In this document: piece by piece, positions 39,258 through 48,919 of the stretch | Position numbering within the stretch: position 1 is the first letter of the stretch | How the letters are laid out: each line of letters starts with the position of its first letter | From: a virus | IMG/VR virus record: IMGVR_UViG_3300032173_000004 | Coordinates: 11,816 to 75,815 of that record | Direction: 5' to 3' (one strand) | DNA: 64,000 bases | Position numbers and translations under genes: made by a program | The notes under the pieces: model-generated | Databases searched by the model: none | What the model was told of the DNA's origin: nothing | The model's input: the letters and a program-made list of their open reading frames with translations, nothing else

Positions 39258-39702
39258 TTCCGCCTCCGCGGCCTGCGTTCCAGTTGACCTCTTCCTGCAA
39301 GTGAGCGTTCACTAGCAGGGCGACAGCGATCTTCTCCTCGTCGGTCATCCTGGCATGAACCCCGGCGAGCCGCTTGTCCATGAGGCCTTCGAACTTCCCC
39401 GGAAGGATCGAAACCAGCATGGCCTTCTCGAAGCTCGTCAGGTTTCCACCATCCTGCAGCTTGTGCAGGGTGTCGATGATCTGGTTCGCAACGTACTTGA
39501 AGTCCAGCTTGCCGTTCGGATAACGGCGAAGCGGAGTGCAGCCCTCGTTGCGATCCACACCGTCGATCTGCGGAGAACGAACTTCGGTCTTGTGCGTGAC
39601 ACCGTCACGGAAGCTCGTCTCGGTGCTGGTGGACTTGGCCACCGTGTCGGGATCCCTCCGAAGGTTCAGTGGGACACGACCTGCGTATGGACTGTTGGAC
39701 AT
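39226..39702 (-). CDS. Hypothetical protein
   Basis: Start reassigned to ATG 39702 (SD GAGGAG): MSNSPYAGRV... Confidence 0.6.
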   Translation of the reverse strand: MSNSPYAGRVPLNLRRDPDTVAKSTSTETSFRDGVTHKTEVRSPQIDGVDRNEGCTPLRRYPNGKLDFKYVANQIIDTLHKLQDGGNLTSFEKAMLVSILPGKFEGLMDKRLAGVHARMTDEEKIAVALLVNAHLQEEVNWNAGRGGGSVPGRSVSRS

Positions 39703-39712
39703 GGTGGCTCCT

Positions 39713-40138
39713 CTACTTGCACAGCTCTTTGCGGATATACAGACTCGCGTGCTTGAACGCGGGCTGTAGCTCCGACATCGCCTGCTTGAAGTGTTCAGCC
39801 CTCGGAGTGGCACCTTGTGCCACGAGGCTGTCGAACTTCTGTTTGTGGAACGCAGCCTGCTGCTGACCTCCAGGACGCCGGCTGTGAAATTCGTGCTGGA
39901 TGTAGTGCTTCGCAGCCTCGATGTGAGGACCCTGCGTGGCCAGATGCTCGTGGTGGGCATACATCGGATCTCCTGATCCGATCTTGCCAGAGAACTCCTG
40001 CTGTCCCTCGATCGCTTTCTCAGCAGTCAGTGCTTTGACCAGATCACTTTTACTAAGACGAACAAGCAGGGGCACATGGTGGCGAGACGTCGCCCCGCCA
40101 CGTACGCCTATGAACAATCCAAGACGATCGCCACTCAT
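39713..40138 (-). CDS. Putative internal head protein
   Basis: LSKSDLVKAL followed by a His-rich helical region. Confidence 0.55.
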   Translation of the reverse strand: MSGDRLGLFIGVRGGATSRHHVPLLVRLSKSDLVKALTAEKAIEGQQEFSGKIGSGDPMYAHHEHLATQGPHIEAAKHYIQHEFHSRRPGGQQQAAFHKQKFDSLVAQGATPRAEHFKQAMSELQPAFKHASLYIRKELCK

Positions 40139-40150
40139 GAGCCTTCTCCG

Positions 40151-42121
40151 CTAGTCGATGAAAGAAGAGATCAGGGTGCCGTTCTGACTCTTGGCCATGT
40201 TGGTCTGACCCATCGTGCTGCAGGACGGGCACTTGTCCTCCATGCCCTTGTGCAACGTGTAGGTTCGTCCACAGCCGTCGCAGCTCTTAATGATCGGAGA
40301 GCGATGCGTCCTCTCGTCCTCGTCATGCTCGAGGATGTTGAGCACCTCAGCATTGAGGGGACCTGCACCAGCGTGCTTGGCAAACACCGAGTTGCCACGA
40401 GTCATCGCCTGGGTGGCGGACCTCCAGGTGTCCATCGACACAGCCAGAGCCCTCGGCAAGCGAGGAACCGACATCGAAGTCACAGCCTTGCTGACCTCGG
40501 ACTCGTTGCCAGCCGCAGCGGCACCGTGAACCGGACCCTGCTCCTTCTTGGGACAGCCAGCAGACTGCTTCCCGTGAACCTTGCCCTGAGAAGGACCCTT
40601 TCCAGCGTAGTCCTCCTCGTCGGACTTGTTCATCTGAGAAACGTTACCAGGTGCTGCTGTTCCGTGAACCGAGCCCTGGCTTGACCGAGAACCAACGTGA
40701 TCCTCTTCTTCATTTGGAGCGACGCTCGTTTGGGCTGGCCCGATCCCCATGTGCGCCGAACCGTGAACTGGGCCCTGGCTGGCGCGAGCCGCCACATGGT
40801 CCTCTTCGGCGTTGGGAGTGACACTCATCTGAGCAGGTCCAGCGTTCGGATGCTGTGCCCCGCGGACTGGCCCCTGCCGGTTGGCATCATTGCCGGCGAA
40901 GCACTTCATCATGTCCTGCAGCATCTCGATCGCTGACTTCTTCATGCTCTTCTCCTTGGCGGCAGCAGCTGGGATGGGTGGTGGAGTAGCTCTAGCGGAT
41001 GTCAGAACGTCGCCACCGTGAGACACCGTGTGCAGACCCGAGGCTCCACCCACTCTAACCGATCCCATAGACAACCTCGGCTTCGCCGCAGCGGCTGGAG
41101 TGCTTGGGGCGAACTTGGTTGGTTGCGGCTTTCCCTCCTGAGCCAAGATCGTTCGATGCTCTTCTTCTTTGACAACATGCTCCGGGAGCTTCACCCCTCC
41201 CGCCGTCGGAGTCCCCGCTGGTCTAGTCCCTGATCCAGAGAACGTGGCCCCCTGCTTCCCGATATTCACGCTGCCGAGGTAGGCCTTCTCTGTCGTGTCA
41301 GACTTGATGGCTGGCTCTGGGAACAGCCGTATGCCCTTTGCCGAGCACGACTTGCCCATGGCCCTGTTGACGCTGCCACTGAGAAAGTTCGCGTTGGCAC
41401 TCGATCGCCACGCCTTCTGACGATTTGCGGGAGTAGGGTTGTGAGCAGCGACGTGATGATCCATCGCCGCCTGCATATTCGCGTGGAAGGCCTTCTCGTG
41501 ATGCTCCTTGAGCGGCCCGCCCTTCGCTGCATGACTCTGATGCTCTTGGGCCGCGTCGAAGTACGGCTTCACGTTGCCCGCATGAATCTCACGGGGCTCA
41601 TAGCCGAGCTGCTTCGCTTCTTCGGAAGACTTCATCATGGAGTCCAGCATGTCTCCAGCTTGCGATTTTCCCATCATCTTGCTCCCGGTTTCTTTGATCC
41701 GTTTTTCACGATGTTCTTGAGAAAGACGAGCACCCGGCCTGTCTATCCCAAGCTTTGGAAGCCCGGGAGCCGGCTTGTCCAGAATCGATTCCACTTCTTT
41801 TGAACCACCTTCGAAGTCCTTGTGAACGGCAACAGACTTCTCGGCCCCGACCTGAACGTTGTGACGGATGGTGTGAGTGATCCTAGATGGAATCACTCTC
41901 TGACCACGGTACTTCGGAGCCAATCTCTTGGCTCCGCTAGTCAGCACCTTCTGCTTCTTGCTCTTGGCCGGCTTGAGCTTCTTCTTCTTTTCAAGTGCCT
42001 TGTCCATGAGACACTCCATAGCTTTCTGGGCCGACGTGTGAAGCTTTCCCGGCTCCCACTCCTTGACAGAACCACCAGGATCAAAACGACCCTGTTCTCG
42101 TCTGGGCTCAGCGGGATTCAC
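40151..42121 (-). CDS. Low-complexity putative internal head protein with internal repeats
   Basis: Repeated (S)QG(P/S/K)VHG and PNxEEDHV. Many x-K-[S/A] sites. C-terminal CxxC...CPSC. Confidence 0.65.
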   Translation of the reverse strand: MNPAEPRREQGRFDPGGSVKEWEPGKLHTSAQKAMECLMDKALEKKKKLKPAKSKKQKVLTSGAKRLAPKYRGQRVIPSRITHTIRHNVQVGAEKSVAVHKDFEGGSKEVESILDKPAPGLPKLGIDRPGARLSQEHREKRIKETGSKMMGKSQAGDMLDSMMKSSEEAKQLGYEPREIHAGNVKPYFDAAQEHQSHAAKGGPLKEHHEKAFHANMQAAMDHHVAAHNPTPANRQKAWRSSANANFLSGSVNRAMGKSCSAKGIRLFPEPAIKSDTTEKAYLGSVNIGKQGATFSGSGTRPAGTPTAGGVKLPEHVVKEEEHRTILAQEGKPQPTKFAPSTPAAAAKPRLSMGSVRVGGASGLHTVSHGGDVLTSARATPPPIPAAAAKEKSMKKSAIEMLQDMMKCFAGNDANRQGPVRGAQHPNAGPAQMSVTPNAEEDHVAARASQGPVHGSAHMGIGPAQTSVAPNEEEDHVGSRSSQGSVHGTAAPGNVSQMNKSDEEDYAGKGPSQGKVHGKQSAGCPKKEQGPVHGAAAAGNESEVSKAVTSMSVPRLPRALAVSMDTWRSATQAMTRGNSVFAKHAGAGPLNAEVLNILEHDEDERTHRSPIIKSCDGCGRTYTLHKGMEDKCPSCSTMGQTNMAKSQNGTLISSFID

Positions 42122-44129
42122 GTTGCGACCTCATGAAGTCGATGAAGTTGTCGAAGGTGACCGACTTGCCAAACAGCCCCGCATACTGCTTCTTCGTGTC
42201 GGGATGATTCGGCCCGGCAGGAGCGGCAGCCTCGGGTGCTTGTTCGTCACTTGTTGCGCTCAGATCTGGTTCGGCTGACTCGTCAGCTGGTGGAGTCATC
42301 TCAGGTTCGCCAGGCTGCATGCCAGCACCCGCCAGCTGTGCCCCACCTTGAGCCACCTTCTGCTGAAGTAGCTCCATTTCCAGAGGATGCTTGTCCTCGT
42401 TGTGACGGACCTTCTGCTCCTTTTCAGGATCTGGTGGCTCCTGCTGCTGATCCTGCTGCATACCTTGCTCTTGCTGAGCCTGTTGTTCCTGTCGATCACG
42501 CAAGGTATCTTCTCGCTGCTGCTGAATTTGGAGCAGCTGCACCAGCGTAGGATTGAGAGGAATCTCACCGATGCCACCAGGGATGTCAGGAAGATCAAGC
42601 TGACGACGAGCTTCATTCAGCGTCAGATAGCTACCGATCTGCTCCGTCAGAAGCTCGTGCTTCTCTTGTTCTGTCAGCTCATCAAGTCCAGCAAACTCGA
42701 ACACAAAGTGATCATCGATCTTGTCGATGATGTACTCGTTGATGAGTCCAGCAATGAACTTGAGAAGCGGCTTGAGACCACGGTCACGAGATGCCTTGAG
42801 CTTCCACTCCTGGCTGCTCTCGAAAAGTGGAGTCTGCTGTACGCCACCGTGCAGGTCGAAGTTGATCTCAGCCGGGTCAATAAGGTACACACCGCAGGTA
42901 ATCTTGATCAGGTATTCCAACCAACCCTGAAACCCCATCTCCTGATTCGATCGCTGCAGATCAACCCACTCGAGGCCTTCAGACTGAGTGACAGGGGTCT
43001 TCCACGCGTTCTCAGCACCTGCCACCTGGGCCGCCCACTGTCGACGAAAAGCCTCAAGCTGCTCCAAGGTCCAGTTGTCACCCTTGAAGTTGAGGATGCC
43101 TTTCGGGTTGGCGCCTTGGCTGAAGAAACGACGATTGTACTCTTCGGCGTACAGAACACCGGTGATGATCGTGATCAGCTGCTCCAGCTCTCCGTACCCA
43201 TACCCCTGAATGTAGATGTCCGATCGAGGGTTACGGATGCCGAATGCCATCTCGTCCTCGAAGTAGACATTTTCGATCTGACCGTTCACAACCTGGACGT
43301 AACGAACCGATTGCCCGACGACATCTTGCTCACCGTACGTCTGTCCCTCGTAGAGGTTGGTGAACCGGTGAGGCCTCTGCGTCGGGATCATCGAGTTGCG
43401 CTGATGATAGCTGAAATGCATTCCGGCGTCTCGATCTGGGGACGCCAACCGCATCGTCGACGCGTCCGTCGCCCAGAATTCGAAGGGAATGCCGTTTCGA
43501 CGAGGAACGACTTCGAAAGTGAGCTGGTCGAAGGTCAACGTGTCTCGGACGATGCACTTCAAGAAGGCTTCGAACTTGGGCCTCCTCATGCGAGTCCACG
43601 GATTCGATTGACCGGGCTCTCCACAGCACGCGATGAAGGCCTCAGCCCTCTGAATGAAGTCGCGCTCTGCATCATCAGTGTGATGGTCTGGGCTCTTGTG
43701 CTTGATCTGATAGCCAAGAGACTTGGTCGTTCGATAGGGCTCGGAGAACGCAGCCACCTGAGCGATACGCGTGTTGATGATCGCGCCAATAATTGACACC
43801 TGATGTGCAACCCGGCGCAGCGTATCGTAGGTCAGATTGTACCGACGATCCTTGTAGCCAAGAGAGTACTGCAGCGTCAATGGATCGAAGAATACCGACT
43901 TCGGTCCACGCTTGGCTGGGTCGTTATGGATGCCAGCAGTCGGGTCTTCCGCCTTCCTCAGCATCGCCGGGATGTGGCGAGTCATCTGTCTCAGCTCGTG
44001 AACAGCCGAGAAGATCTCGTCGGGATTGGTGGTTTCCCCGAGGGACTTGACTATATCCGTGTAGTCGATCGGTGTTCGGTTCACGATAGCAACTCCCCAA
44101 TCGACTTCTGGACCGTCGCGGTCAGCCAC
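42108..44129 (-). CDS. Portal protein
   Basis: IIGAIINTRIAQVAAFS...VRDTLTFDQ...GIRNPRSDI...GYGYGELE...YNRRFFSQG...WLEYLIKITCGVYLIDPAEINF...SRDRGLKPLL (Twort/SPO1-type). Confidence 0.93.
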   Translation of the reverse strand: MADRDGPEVDWGVAIVNRTPIDYTDIVKSLGETTNPDEIFSAVHELRQMTRHIPAMLRKAEDPTAGIHNDPAKRGPKSVFFDPLTLQYSLGYKDRRYNLTYDTLRRVAHQVSIIGAIINTRIAQVAAFSEPYRTTKSLGYQIKHKSPDHHTDDAERDFIQRAEAFIACCGEPGQSNPWTRMRRPKFEAFLKCIVRDTLTFDQLTFEVVPRRNGIPFEFWATDASTMRLASPDRDAGMHFSYHQRNSMIPTQRPHRFTNLYEGQTYGEQDVVGQSVRYVQVVNGQIENVYFEDEMAFGIRNPRSDIYIQGYGYGELEQLITIITGVLYAEEYNRRFFSQGANPKGILNFKGDNWTLEQLEAFRRQWAAQVAGAENAWKTPVTQSEGLEWVDLQRSNQEMGFQGWLEYLIKITCGVYLIDPAEINFDLHGGVQQTPLFESSQEWKLKASRDRGLKPLLKFIAGLINEYIIDKIDDHFVFEFAGLDELTEQEKHELLTEQIGSYLTLNEARRQLDLPDIPGGIGEIPLNPTLVQLLQIQQQREDTLRDRQEQQAQQEQGMQQDQQQEPPDPEKEQKVRHNEDKHPLEMELLQQKVAQGGAQLAGAGMQPGEPEMTPPADESAEPDLSATSDEQAPEAAAPAGPNHPDTKKQYAGLFGKSVTFDNFIDFMRSQRESR

Positions 44130-44749
44130 TTATTGAATGCGGCACGCAGTCTGGGAGGCATGATGAATCCCCGGTCGATATCCTCGTCCGAGTACCCATG
44201 CATCTGCAAGAACTGCTTTTCCCGAGGGGCCACGAACGGACCAGGGCTGAAGCGGGGAGCTGCCACGAAGGCCTTCTTGGCCTCCTCATTTGCCCCCTGC
44301 ATGATCTTCTGAACAGCCTTGTCCGCGTCTGGTTCCTGATCAACTAGGTTGATCGGAGGCTTGTCGACGTTCTCGTTCTTCGGCTCTGGACTCTCAGGCC
44401 AGTGAGCGCCGCGGTTCGGCAGATCTGGAGTCTCAACACCGCGAATTCCAGAAGTACTGTGACCGTCACTGTACTGAGTAGCTCTCTGGCCCTCAGTCTG
44501 CGGAAGCAGAGCAGTCGATCCAGGATTGGCCTTTACCGCCATTGCTCGCAGCAGATCCGTGGCCTTCTTCGTCGTCGCTGCGGCAGTCTCAAGACCATTC
44601 TCTGGGTCTGGCTCCAGCTTCTCGAACTGAGAGTCAGGCATGGACTTGATTTTGATCTTCACCTTCCTGTCCCGGTCCGAGTTGTCCCGAACATCACGGA
44701 CAGGCCGATGAAACAGCTTCGAGTGGAGATACAATGACGGGATGCTCAT
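44081..44749 (-). CDS. Hypothetical protein (head cluster)
   Basis: ORF upstream of the portal; start uncertain. Confidence 0.55.
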   Translation of the reverse strand: MSIPSLYLHSKLFHRPVRDVRDNSDRDRKVKIKIKSMPDSQFEKLEPDPENGLETAAATTKKATDLLRAMAVKANPGSTALLPQTEGQRATQYSDGHSTSGIRGVETPDLPNRGAHWPESPEPKNENVDKPPINLVDQEPDADKAVQKIMQGANEEAKKAFVAAPRFSPGPFVAPREKQFLQMHGYSDEDIDRGFIMPPRLRAAFNKWLTATVQKSIGELLS

Positions 44750-44757
44750 TCGAAGCC

Positions 44758-46002
44758 TCACCTCGCCGCTTGATCCGACATGCGGCGTAGCATCTCAGCT
44801 CGCTGCTGATAAGCGTCACGATCCGATCGTCCACGCTCTTGCGGAGACGGATGGGACGCAACACCGTGTGCCGCTCCCATGACCTTGTGAGCCAGCATGG
44901 CCGCAGTTGCAGCCCCACCACCAAGCGTTCCACCCTGCAACCCGATCTGATATCCAGTACCGAAGTTGCCGAGGATATTTGGTCCCATGGCCCGCTTGGC
45001 CCTGGCTGACAGCTGCGGAGCCGCCCCAGTTCGTCCACCACCCACACCAGCTCCAGCTGCAGCTTGTGAAGGCTGACTTGGATTGGAGCGTCCCGTCTTT
45101 CCTCTGGCAGCCGCCCCTTCTGGTGGAGGGGGAAGCGTACCGCCTGCAGTGGCAGGAGGTGTCAAAGACATGGCAGGATTTGCAGCACCAGCAGCCGGAG
45201 ATGGAGCTTCTGCCTCACGTTCCCTCTGGCGATGAGACAGCATGGCACCGGCGCGTTTCATCGCAGCGGTGCGCTCTGCGCCAGAGCCCTGCGTGATGGC
45301 AGAAACACCCTCGCCTATGATCTCCTTCTGCCTGCCGGCGACACTCAACTCAGGCTTGGCAGAAGGAACAATCAATGGTCCACCTGCCGCGGGCTTGAGA
45401 CCAGGAGTTTCAATCTCAGCTTCCGGTCTGGGCGTAGCTCCTGGGACTTCGAGCTTAACTGACTCCTTCTTCGGAGACGCCATCATCGTCTCTCGACCCA
45501 GGTGCGACGGCATCACCCTGGTCACCGGTGCTCCGGCACCGTAGGTCGTCAAGCCTGGCTTTCGACTCTGCAGCTCTAGTGCTGGTCCTTCGTGTGGGCT
45601 TTTCGTCGGAGGACGATACCCAGCCGATCCAGGACCAAACGAAGGAAGCTCTGCAGGCTTGCCACCTGGAGTGACCAGTTTTGCTGCTGGCCGCGGTGCC
45701 GGCCCTGGAGTGATCAACGGACCACCCGTCTTAGGTGCCGCCAGCTTCGCTGCTGGTTTTGGTGCCGCTCCAGGCGTGATGATGGAACCTGAAGGCTTGG
45801 TTGTGGCCGCCGATGGATTAAGAATAGATCCACCCGTCGCCTGCGGTGCGCTGGGATGGATGATCGATACTGGGGGTCGCTCCTCACTCGCACCGATGAT
45901 GGGAGTGGCCTTCTGAATCTGCAGAAGAGAGGAGATTCCCCCGATCGCTTTTCCGCCTACCACAGTAGGCGGCGACCACTGCCGAAAGCAGATCGGGTTC
46001 AT
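44758..46002 (-). CDS. Pro/Ala/Gly-rich putative internal head protein
   Basis: 414 aa, predicted disordered, with IITPG/LITPG/LVTPG repeats. Confidence 0.6.
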   Translation of the reverse strand: MNPICFRQWSPPTVVGGKAIGGISSLLQIQKATPIIGASEERPPVSIIHPSAPQATGGSILNPSAATTKPSGSIITPGAAPKPAAKLAAPKTGGPLITPGPAPRPAAKLVTPGGKPAELPSFGPGSAGYRPPTKSPHEGPALELQSRKPGLTTYGAGAPVTRVMPSHLGRETMMASPKKESVKLEVPGATPRPEAEIETPGLKPAAGGPLIVPSAKPELSVAGRQKEIIGEGVSAITQGSGAERTAAMKRAGAMLSHRQREREAEAPSPAAGAANPAMSLTPPATAGGTLPPPPEGAAARGKTGRSNPSQPSQAAAGAGVGGGRTGAAPQLSARAKRAMGPNILGNFGTGYQIGLQGGTLGGGAATAAMLAHKVMGAAHGVASHPSPQERGRSDRDAYQQRAEMLRRMSDQAAR

Positions 46003-46013
46003 GAAGCCTCCAG

Positions 46014-46790
46014 CTAGTCACCGAATCCTGATGCACCTATCGGACGCGGGTTCACGCCAATTACGGTTTGACCAGCCAGGGGTGGACGACGAGGAGGCCG
46101 ACGCGAACTTCCCTCTGCTGCCTCAGCAATAGCAGCAGCATCAGCCTGCACTGACTCTTCCGCTGTCATCGGATGCTGAGGCTGTCGACCTTTGACGATC
46201 TCTCGACGCTGCAGCTCGCGCTGATGACGCTGCGATGCCTGCTGCTCCGCATACCGACGAGCTTGCTCGGAAGGAACTCTCTCCGCACGTTGCAGACCAG
46301 AGGGAAGAGACACATCCGTCTGAGCGTTCACAGCCTCGGGCGCAGTCAGCTGTTCCAGAGTCTCCTCGTAGTTCGGTCCTTGGCAGAAGATCAACTCCAC
46401 ATCTCCAACACCGGATGTGGCCATCTCGTACTCGGTGTTCTTCGGCAGCGAGAACGACAGACCTCCATGAAGCCGGGTCTGGTGACCGTTCACAGTCACG
46501 AAGATCTCTCCCGACAGAACCCGCACAGCTCGGTCTTGCTCACTCTTCACGAGACCTGTGGCATTGCGAGCACAGATGTACTCGTAGATCATCTCGAACT
46601 CGTCACCGCGGTGGATCACCACTTTCCACCCACGCGACGTTGGCTCACGGTCCCGAACATCAACGATGCTTGCCGACTCGGGCCCACGTCCTGCCACAAT
46701 GTCGCTGTGACGGACTCCGGCTCGGGGATCCAACCTGCGCTCGCGTCGAGGTCTGATGAGTCCCTGCTGCCGTCTTGGGTTGTATGACAC
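46014..46790 (-). CDS. Cupin-fold protein
   Basis: VRVLSGEIFVTVNG...LHGGLSFSLPKNTEYEMATSGVGDVELI. SD AGGAGG. Confidence 0.6.
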   Translation of the reverse strand: MSYNPRRQQGLIRPRRERRLDPRAGVRHSDIVAGRGPESASIVDVRDREPTSRGWKVVIHRGDEFEMIYEYICARNATGLVKSEQDRAVRVLSGEIFVTVNGHQTRLHGGLSFSLPKNTEYEMATSGVGDVELIFCQGPNYEETLEQLTAPEAVNAQTDVSLPSGLQRAERVPSEQARRYAEQQASQRHQRELQRREIVKGRQPQHPMTAEESVQADAAAIAEAAEGSSRRPPRRPPLAGQTVIGVNPRPIGASGFGD

Positions 46791-46841
46791 GCTGTGCCTC
46801 CTGTTGTTTGCCAGGCTTGAGGATCGGTCGAGGATCTTACT

Positions 46842-46871
46842 GAGCTACACCAACAATCGACAATTTGTCAA
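46842..46871 (-). promoter_or_regulatory. sigma70-like promoter TTGACA-N18-TAGCTC heading the morphogenesis module
   Basis: AT-rich intergenic region, perfect -35 box. Confidence 0.55.
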
Positions 46872-46996
46872 CCAATCCAATTAGCTACCGATGATACATG
46901 AGGGATCACACCGTCACCACAAATTTCGCGGATCTTCAAGAACAAACCGATTATTACAGTAATTATGCTGTCTTGTAGATGATCCGAGGTAAGACT

Positions 46997-47602
46997 TCAG
47001 GGCACGATCTGGAGACCTGGCACGTTTTCCTCGAGCCAGTTGATAGCGATGATCGCTGCCCGACTTTCAATCGCACCCTGCTGAACCACACCCGCACGGA
47101 TGGTCATCATCTGCTTCGCCATCTCGATGTCGGCATCGCTGCAGTTATAGTCCTTGAGCACCAACACACGAGAATCGATGTCGTAGATCTGACCGGTACG
47201 CCAGAATTCCATCTCGATCTCTGTTCCGAAGGCCTCAGCCTCATAGCCGGCGCGGAACGAGGCCGAGGTCAAGTACCTCATAGCGAACGTGGGAAGACCT
47301 TCTCGACCAGCCTGTTCGACATGCTGATGCTCGTGGACACAGACTCTGATCTGATTCCACAGAGGCCAGCGATCTACATTCGAGCCAAGCTCGAATGGGA
47401 TGTAGATCGTCTTGTCCAGGGTCGTGACGAAGTCCTTCATGAAGTGCTCTTTGTTCTGGATGTGAAGAGCATCCAGAACCTCAGAGGCGATCTTCATAAT
47501 CTCCGAGTTGTCCTTCTGCACTGCGTAGCTTCCGAACTCCTTCTGCATGTGGGCCCAGAAGGCCTTCACCAGATCTGGAGTGAGAATCTCGTCGCTCATC
47601 AC
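46997..47602 (-). CDS. HExxH zinc-metallopeptidase-like protein
   Basis: VCVHEHQHVEQ...YEAEAF. Confidence 0.7.
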   Translation of the reverse strand: MMSDEILTPDLVKAFWAHMQKEFGSYAVQKDNSEIMKIASEVLDALHIQNKEHFMKDFVTTLDKTIYIPFELGSNVDRWPLWNQIRVCVHEHQHVEQAGREGLPTFAMRYLTSASFRAGYEAEAFGTEIEMEFWRTGQIYDIDSRVLVLKDYNCSDADIEMAKQMMTIRAGVVQQGAIESRAAIIAINWLEENVPGLQIVP

Positions 47603-47832
47603 TTACCTCCTGCCGGAACGCAAGTGCAGCCCGTGGTAGTCTGGCCACAGATCCACTTCGTCGGTGCTCCAGGACGAATGGCCTTGACCTGCGTGCAGTC
47701 CATTACACGCTGCCACTTCTTGTTCGAACCACAGGCCTCTACTACACTACCGTTGCATCTCGTCTCTTTGATCTGCTGGCATGGAGAACCACACCCGCTC
47801 AGCAGGATGCCAGAAATCAAAACCCATCTCAT
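47599..47832 (-). CDS. Small Cys-rich lipoprotein
   Basis: MRWVLISGILLSG|C lipobox followed by multiple Cys. Confidence 0.65.
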   Translation of the reverse strand: MRWVLISGILLSGCGSPCQQIKETRCNGSVVEACGSNKKWQRVMDCTQVKAIRPGAPTKWICGQTTTGCTCVPAGGK

Positions 47833-47837
47833 GGCGA

Positions 47838-48047
47838 TCATTCTTTCTTCCTCCGATCTCGTCTTGGTGTTTGTGCTTCTTGCTCTCGGCGCCAATTCTC
47901 CATGCGCTGCCGCTCCATCACCTGTTGTTGTCTGGCGCCCTCGCAGTCGCAAACGATAACTTTTCCAGCCTCGACAGGTTGCTCCTTTCCGCAGAAGGAA
48001 CAAGTGAACGTCAACGATGGGGACGGATCAATGAATGGATTGGTCAC
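47838..48047 (-). CDS. Small Zn-finger protein
   Basis: CSFC...CDC. Confidence 0.5.
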   Translation of the reverse strand: MTNPFIDPSPSLTFTCSFCGKEQPVEAGKVIVCDCEGARQQQVMERQRMENWRREQEAQTPRRDRRKKE

Positions 48048-48316
48048 CGAGACGGCTCCTTGCTGTACATGGAAGACTTACCCTGCTCCCAGTTACCAGA
48101 CAGAGTCTTGATCCCCCAATGGCCAGCAATGTCCACTTCTGTGATTGCCCCACTCTGTCCTGCCAGAAGCTCCGAAGCCAACACAGCTTCGTCGGTATCG
48201 GGGACACCGCGGTGGTCTGTTAGAATGGCCGCTTTGGCCCCGTCCAAGTCCACCATCTCCACACGGTGATCGGTAGAAGTGATCTTCTGACACAGTGGAC
48301 AGTCATCCAGCTTCAT
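48044..48316 (-). CDS. Hypothetical protein
   Basis: MKLDDCPLC...HRG...GHW. Confidence 0.5.
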   Translation of the reverse strand: MKLDDCPLCQKITSTDHRVEMVDLDGAKAAILTDHRGVPDTDEAVLASELLAGQSGAITEVDIAGHWGIKTLSGNWEQGKSSMYSKEPSR

Positions 48317-48488
48317 CGTCTTCCTTCCGTCGTTTGGACTTCCCACTCATCTGAGGTCCAGCTGCGATCGATATTTCCAGGATAGCCTGCCGAAGCAGAG
48401 GAAGCTGATCGCACCAAGGAGAGTCCATGGCCTTCTCAGCATCTCGTATGATAGACCTGATCTTGGCTAGACGCTCCTCTGGCTTCAC
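48303..48488 (-). CDS. Hypothetical protein
   Basis: 61 aa, coupled to the upstream gene. Confidence 0.5.
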   Translation of the reverse strand: MKPEERLAKIRSIIRDAEKAMDSPWCDQLPLLRQAILEISIAAGPQMSGKSKRRKEDDEAG

Positions 48489-48919
48489 GGCTTCCTCACC
48501 AATCGATCACGCCTAATCACACGAGCGATGTCTGGAGGTGTCCAACCCGGCGGCTTGGCCACCTTTCCATTCTCGAGCTTTCTAGATCCAGGGCCGAACT
48601 TGTCGAGGTTGGCCTGTTGAATCTCTTGCATAATATCCGGCATTGGGAGGCCCCACGCCAGCCCATTCCACGTCACCACATAGAGAAGATCTCCCAGGGC
48701 ATCTGCAACCTCTGCAAGCGCCTCTACCAGGTCTTCTTCAGACGACTCTTCCTGCAGACGATCGACGACATGAACTGCTTTCTGCAGCTCTTCCCATTCC
48801 TCTCTAATCAGATCTAGTCCTAGTCGGGCATTGCTTGCCGACGGGACACCGGGACGGTTCAGGATTGGTTGACCAGCCAGTTTCATGAACTGGCGCACTT
48901 GGGAGAACAACGTTCGCAT
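48485..48919 (-). CDS. MazG-like/PRA-PH nucleotide pyrophosphohydrolase
   Basis: LIREEWEEL...EVADALGDLLYV...ANLDK...GKVAKPPGWTPPDI. Confidence 0.85.
   Translation of the reverse strand: MRTLFSQVRQFMKLAGQPILNRPGVPSASNARLGLDLIREEWEELQKAVHVVDRLQEESSEEDLVEALAEVADALGDLLYVVTWNGLAWGLPMPDIMQEIQQANLDKFGPGSRKLENGKVAKPPGWTPPDIARVIRRDRLVRKP

Noticed and set aside
1609-46787. Long plus-strand ORFs opposite structural genes (e.g. 7114, 28099, 33192, 42387)
   Set aside because: Antisense shadows expected at high GC3, with no recognisable motifs or SD.
46790-46852. tRNA-like start GGTGTAGCTCAGT on the minus strand
   Set aside because: No D-arm closure, TTC loop or acceptor stem follows. It overlaps a predicted -10 box.
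48219-48246. Extra GTTAGAA hexamer-like match
   Set aside because: Lacks the AGTASAA half at 14 nt and lies antisense inside a gene.
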